A stretch of 56,860 bases of DNA, the filler included, from Bipalium vagum (lineage: Eukaryota), in the NCBI GenBank assembly GCA_037834085.1. It is 3 parts of 3 records of this genome, joined end to end, with 100 filler letters (N's around TTAATTAATTAA, not from the genome) between each part and the next. Parts side by side here need not be neighbours in the genome. Positions count along the whole stretch, not along the records: positions 40,098 to 56,860 come from JBBMKC010095121.1; 2 more parts are not named here. One strand, 5' to 3'. Every line of letters begins with the position of its first letter. Position 1 is the first letter of the stretch. The notes beneath the pieces were generated by a model, which was given only the letters and a program-made list of their open reading frames with translations, did no database searches and was not told the DNA's origin. Of the stretch, positions 52,480-56,860 are shown in pieces. Position numbers and translations under genes: made by a program.

Positions 52480-53050
52480 TTTTGAAGGATATTTATCGTT
52501 AACCGACAAACGAGTTACAGAAATACTTTCAAATTTATAAGGAGATTTCGCTGAGATCTGTAAATGACGTAAGAAAACACAAGACTTCATTTTTTATTAA
52601 TTTTAAGAAAAAAGAATCAATAAACATTAGGAACGTGGTTTCGAAAAATAGTTTCGTACATCAGATTGAAAACTTCTCATGTGTTATCATCATAATAAAA
52701 AAGTTCTTCACAAGAGAAATCATATGATTCGACAGCATTTGAAAGACATAATCCCAATAAAAATCTATTTTAGAATTCTGCTTAAAAATAGTCTTTTAAT
52801 TCTTGCTCTTGTTAAAATGTGATGAGAAATGGTTGTTGCATTATAACTGACAAAGATTTGTTCAGTGATTAAATCATGATGAATTTCCGCGACAAATTCA
52901 AAGACATGCAGCACATCAGAAAACTATTATCTGACAAATTGATGTCTGTCAACTGTCACATTAATCACAACTTTCTGAATTCTATTTATACTATTAATTA
53001 GTAGGTTACATAAATGTTTTAAATCCCATTGACTTTAAAACCCTAATGTA
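52480..53050 (+). mobile_element. mariner relic
   Basis: TWFRK at ~52633 and CDEKWLLHYN at ~52818. Confidence 0.6.
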
Positions 53051-54554
53051 GAATCCAAATTAAATTGGATATTATATTTTACGAAACTAAATTAAAAAAC
53101 AAACTCAGATTAGATATTTAATTAAAAATATATATAAAATAGAAGAAAATTAGAATAACAATAGAAATAGAAAAAAATATAATACAATAATTTTTATTTT
53201 TTGTTTGGAATAGTGGCACCAACTCTTTATCAATTATCTTACATTTTATTGCGGTCAATAACGATAAGATTATAAAAAAAAAGTTTCATCTCTTTATTCT
53301 TATGTATTTAATCAAAACCATAAGCATGACTTTCAGTTTTTAAGTTTGTCCTTCGTTCGCTGTATTATTGTCCATAAGAAATGTAAGAGAGGTCTACTAG
53401 ACAACCCTATGATTCGTTGTCGCTGTGGGTTGTCTATTTCTTTAGTAATCATTTGTTTTAACATTATTTTTAAATCATATTTGTTTCATTATAACATAAC
53501 TATTATTAATTATAATTAAACACTTTTTTATACTTCTGTTGAAGGACTTAATTATTTTTTTTCATTGTTCAATATCTGGTTATTGATTATAACATGTGAT
53601 TAACTTGATAATCTTTTTGATTTAGTGTCCTCTGACATGATTTTTCTTTAGTGCGTAATAAAGCAAATAATGTTTAATGGGATTATTTTGATTCATTTTT
53701 ATTAGGAAACATTAATAATATTAAGTTAATTTTGAACTAAGATTATAAACGACAAAATCAATACTAATTAAAACTAATTTATGGAATTAAAAAGTTCGAG
53801 GTTTGGGACCCGATGTAAGTTTTAATAATCTAATAACAATACATCATTAGTCATCATGAAAAATTCACAATAATTTTATTTTGATAAAATAATCGTGTTT
53901 TGATTGATTTGTGAAACTCGCTCTTCGAATTATTAATATTTAAACAAATTGATAATTATTCAAATTTCAAACAACTTTTTTTACGTTAGTTTCACTTTAA
54001 AAACTTAAAATACCTTAATTAGCTTTTTTATATTATTTTATGATACTTTAAATTTTTGTTACATTTTAAGTTTAAGGTGAATAATTAATATATTATTTTT
54101 AAATTAATTATAAAATTTAAATAACATTTACATTAAAAATAATGAATAAAAATATTAAACATATTAATTAATTAAATATTAAATATATTAATGCAACAAA
54201 AACAAAAATTGACGACAAAATATCCTGCTAAATATACAATTATAAATACATCTAATAAACTAAAAATTTAGCTTTAAATCAATATGTGGAATTTACACAT
54301 CACATTCCTTATACTTAAAACGTTATTACAGAAAACATAAAATCTAGGTTAACATTGATTTACATACTTCGAAAATTGAATTTTAAAAACAGAATGTGAA
54401 AAAAATTTAATAAAAGAGAACTGCTAATATACAATGTCACATTCGGGATTATTAATAACTTAAGAAATTCTAAGTAGTATTTCCAATGTTATATTTTCTA
54501 TTTTCTCCCAATAAAATAGAATAACATATTTCACTGTTCTTCATTTTTATACAG

Positions 54555-54643
54555 CTCCTATAAGTTTTCTATCTGATTTGTGTCTGGTAATTATTGGATT
54601 CTGGTCATATGATGTTTCTCTTGGTCATACAAAGTGGATCTGA
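54555..54643 (+). CDS. candidate short terminal exon
   Basis: Strong pyrimidine-rich acceptor tttcactgttcttcatttttatacag|. The phase-1 frame reads xPISFLSDLCLVIIGFWSYDVSLGHTKWI*; the other two frames stop early. No partner exon identified. Confidence 0.35.
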
Positions 54644-55888
54644 CCACGTGACATCTGCAGTAACATTGATAGAAAATACTACTACTACTAATAATAATAA
54701 TATTAATAATAACAAATGTCAAAATTTTCTGAAGAAAAATCATTATGATATGAATAACTTCGAAAAAGAAATTATGAGATCAAAAACTTTTATCCTTTTT
54801 AAAGCAGAATATTTTTATTTTGCGAAAGACGCACAAGTTGAAGTTTTAATTATTTTATATTTTCTCATAAAGAAAAAATACTTTGTTGGTACCACCAGTT
54901 TTATTATGAGAAAATATATTTTCATGAACTGATCTATAATTTTACACCAGATTTTCCATACAATGAAAAACAGGTACGAAAAGAAATTATAAATTATTCG
55001 ACTGCTTTCAGAAATCCATGCTGAAAGATATGTGAACTAAAATAAAGAAAAGTAGAAAAATCTTTTTTCAGAAAAATGGAACATTACAAAACGTGGATCA
55101 TTATTAATATATAAAAATGAAGAAATATTATTTCCCATGTTTTCGTGATTTTCTTTTACTTGACAAAATGATAAACAAATAAATTTATTCCCTTTTATGT
55201 AAATTCTTGTCTTTTTATTAATAATAATCATAAATTATTAATTTTGTAAATTTTCTTGATCTTTCAAAAAGATTTTAAGTTATATAAAAGAGAACATTTA
55301 CAAATAAAAAAAATAAAATTAGAAATAATTAATACTTTTCGAAGGAATGAAAAAATTGTATTATAAATAAATATTTGTGGATTTTTAAAGAATTTTGTTG
55401 TCTGTATTATTTTTATGTAATCATTTCCCCTCTAATTTTTTCAAGGTTCTTGATTGCAGTAAATATTAGAGGGTAGACTGTATATAATTTTTAAATATTT
55501 GAAAATCCCCTTTTTGGTGCATTTGTGAAATCATCATATTGGTATAGGTCCAGGAAAATCCTTCAAATAAAATTATTGTTTATAAAATATAAAACCGTTA
55601 CTAAGAAATCAATAATTATTTAAGAAATTGAATTAATGTTTTTAATAGTAATTAAAGTTTAATAAGTATAATTGTATGTTTTATTTAAACATTTCAAGAG
55701 GCTTTAATGGTGTAAACATATATTCTCACTAGGGTTTATAAAATGAAGATATGACGAAAGTAAACGATGACTCGAAAGGTGAAAGAGTTCCGTTATCAAA
55801 TTGCTTCTGAAAATGGGCGTTATCCTTTATGGACAACAGCTAACGTGATTGTCGTTTACATTTAAAAACAATTATTCATTAAACGCAC

Positions 55889-56400
55889 TTAAAAGTATTG
55901 TTTTGAAAGGTACAGTTTGCAAAGAATATTAAATAAGATATCTGAGAGTTCCATAGCTGACCACCCAGATATGTTGTTTATTCGCGAACCAGGAGTAATA
56001 TGTACGGCTGGGAATTCACCTTCTGACCTTCCTTTCTTCGCATGGAAACAATGAAACTGACAGTACAGTATATTGATACATATCTCCAATTGATGTCTCG
56101 TCATTTCTCCTCAGAGTAATTAGATCCACATTTTTAAAGTAATAGAATGACTTGATGGACTGATCAATTGTTTTCAGTCATAACTTTCTGCAAGCCAATT
56201 TAAAGAGTCGACCTTGTAATTTTACAATTTTCATCAATGCAAGAAAATGTCGGATCTTTATGGTACTGTTTAAGCGATTTTAATATTTCTGTTACAGATT
56301 CTCTTGTGATATATAATGATAATGGATCAGAATGCATTATATTTTGAATCCAGCATAGAAACAATTTGCTTCTTGAATGCCTTTTCAAAAAAGTAATGAT
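55889..56400 (-). mobile_element. IS630-like Tc1-superfamily (DDE_3) transposase relic
   Basis: With one frameshift: YVSIYCTVSFIVSMRRK-GRSEGEFPAVHITPGSRINNISGWSAM (compare FIDE.GFN.SMRR..GRS..G.PA...VP..R..NIS...AM). Upstream ITRSTL...TENN resembles (I/F)TxKRL...PxERN. Confidence 0.6.
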
Positions 56401-56822
56401 CAGTTATTTTTTTTTATTGCGTTTTTTATGGAACTATTACAGTAAAATACACACAAAATTTCTAATGAAATGACAATTTTTGAAAGTTAATGCACAAAAT
56501 TAGAAAATGACATGTCTAAATTTTAATATTGAATAACAATTGAATAACAATATTAAAACAATAATTCACTAAATATTTACATTAATTAAATTGATTTTTA
56601 TAACCCGAGGTCCTATTACGGAAAACGTGTTGAGAAATTTTTAAAATCATATTTATTTTAATTTTTAAACAAATTTTTATAATAATATCACAAAAATTTA
56701 TGTTTAAAAGGAATATTTTGTTGATGAAAAAATTGAAAAATATTAGTATTAATTATGAGAAAAAAAATTTTCTAACCTTACAAATAAAAATAGATAACCA
56801 GAATTTCTATTATTAAATTATT

Positions 56823-56825
<3 letters not shown>

Positions 56826-56860
<35 letters not shown>
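56826..56860. repeat. (ATT)n microsatellite at the window end
   Basis: Direct inspection. Confidence 0.9.

Noticed and set aside
54594-54932. 112-aa ORF
   Set aside because: Includes ACT/AAT microsatellite translation and AT-biased residues; more likely 3' UTR of the candidate exon at 54555.

Overview
Very AT-rich animal (invertebrate) genomic DNA with spliceosomal GT-AG introns and a dense load of decayed transposons. It is not prokaryotic, and I see no rRNA, tRNA or CRISPR array. Two artificial 100-nt linkers (N44-TTAATTAATTAA-N44 at 17480-17579 and 39998-40097) split the window into three probably unlinked pieces, and there is one plain 261-N gap (23735-23995). Piece 1 carries the last three coding exons (minus strand; 15220-14969, 10185-9942, 7760-7434) of a discoidin-domain-receptor (DDR)-like receptor tyrosine kinase. 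This kinase has lost DFG (now PGG) and the alphaC glutamate, so it is a predicted DDR-type pseudokinase, the most interesting signal here. A possible antisense exon sits in one of its introns. Piece 2 carries a single internal exon of an SLC1/EAAT glutamate transporter (28259-28058). About 8 kb downstream on the same strand is an unannotated, phase-compatible terminal exon (20057-19845) with a hydrophobic segment and endolysosomal sorting motifs. Piece 3 is mostly transposon debris, with one candidate small terminal exon and a perfect 25-bp hairpin. Mobile elements: many mariner (DD34D) relics, Tc1 (DD34E), maT/DD37D, DD37E, rosa/DD41D-like, an IS630-like Tc1, a pogo-like MITE, Chapaev3-like, Ty3/gypsy and Penelope fragments, and two nested insertions. 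All family calls come from motif recognition by eye; no searches were run.
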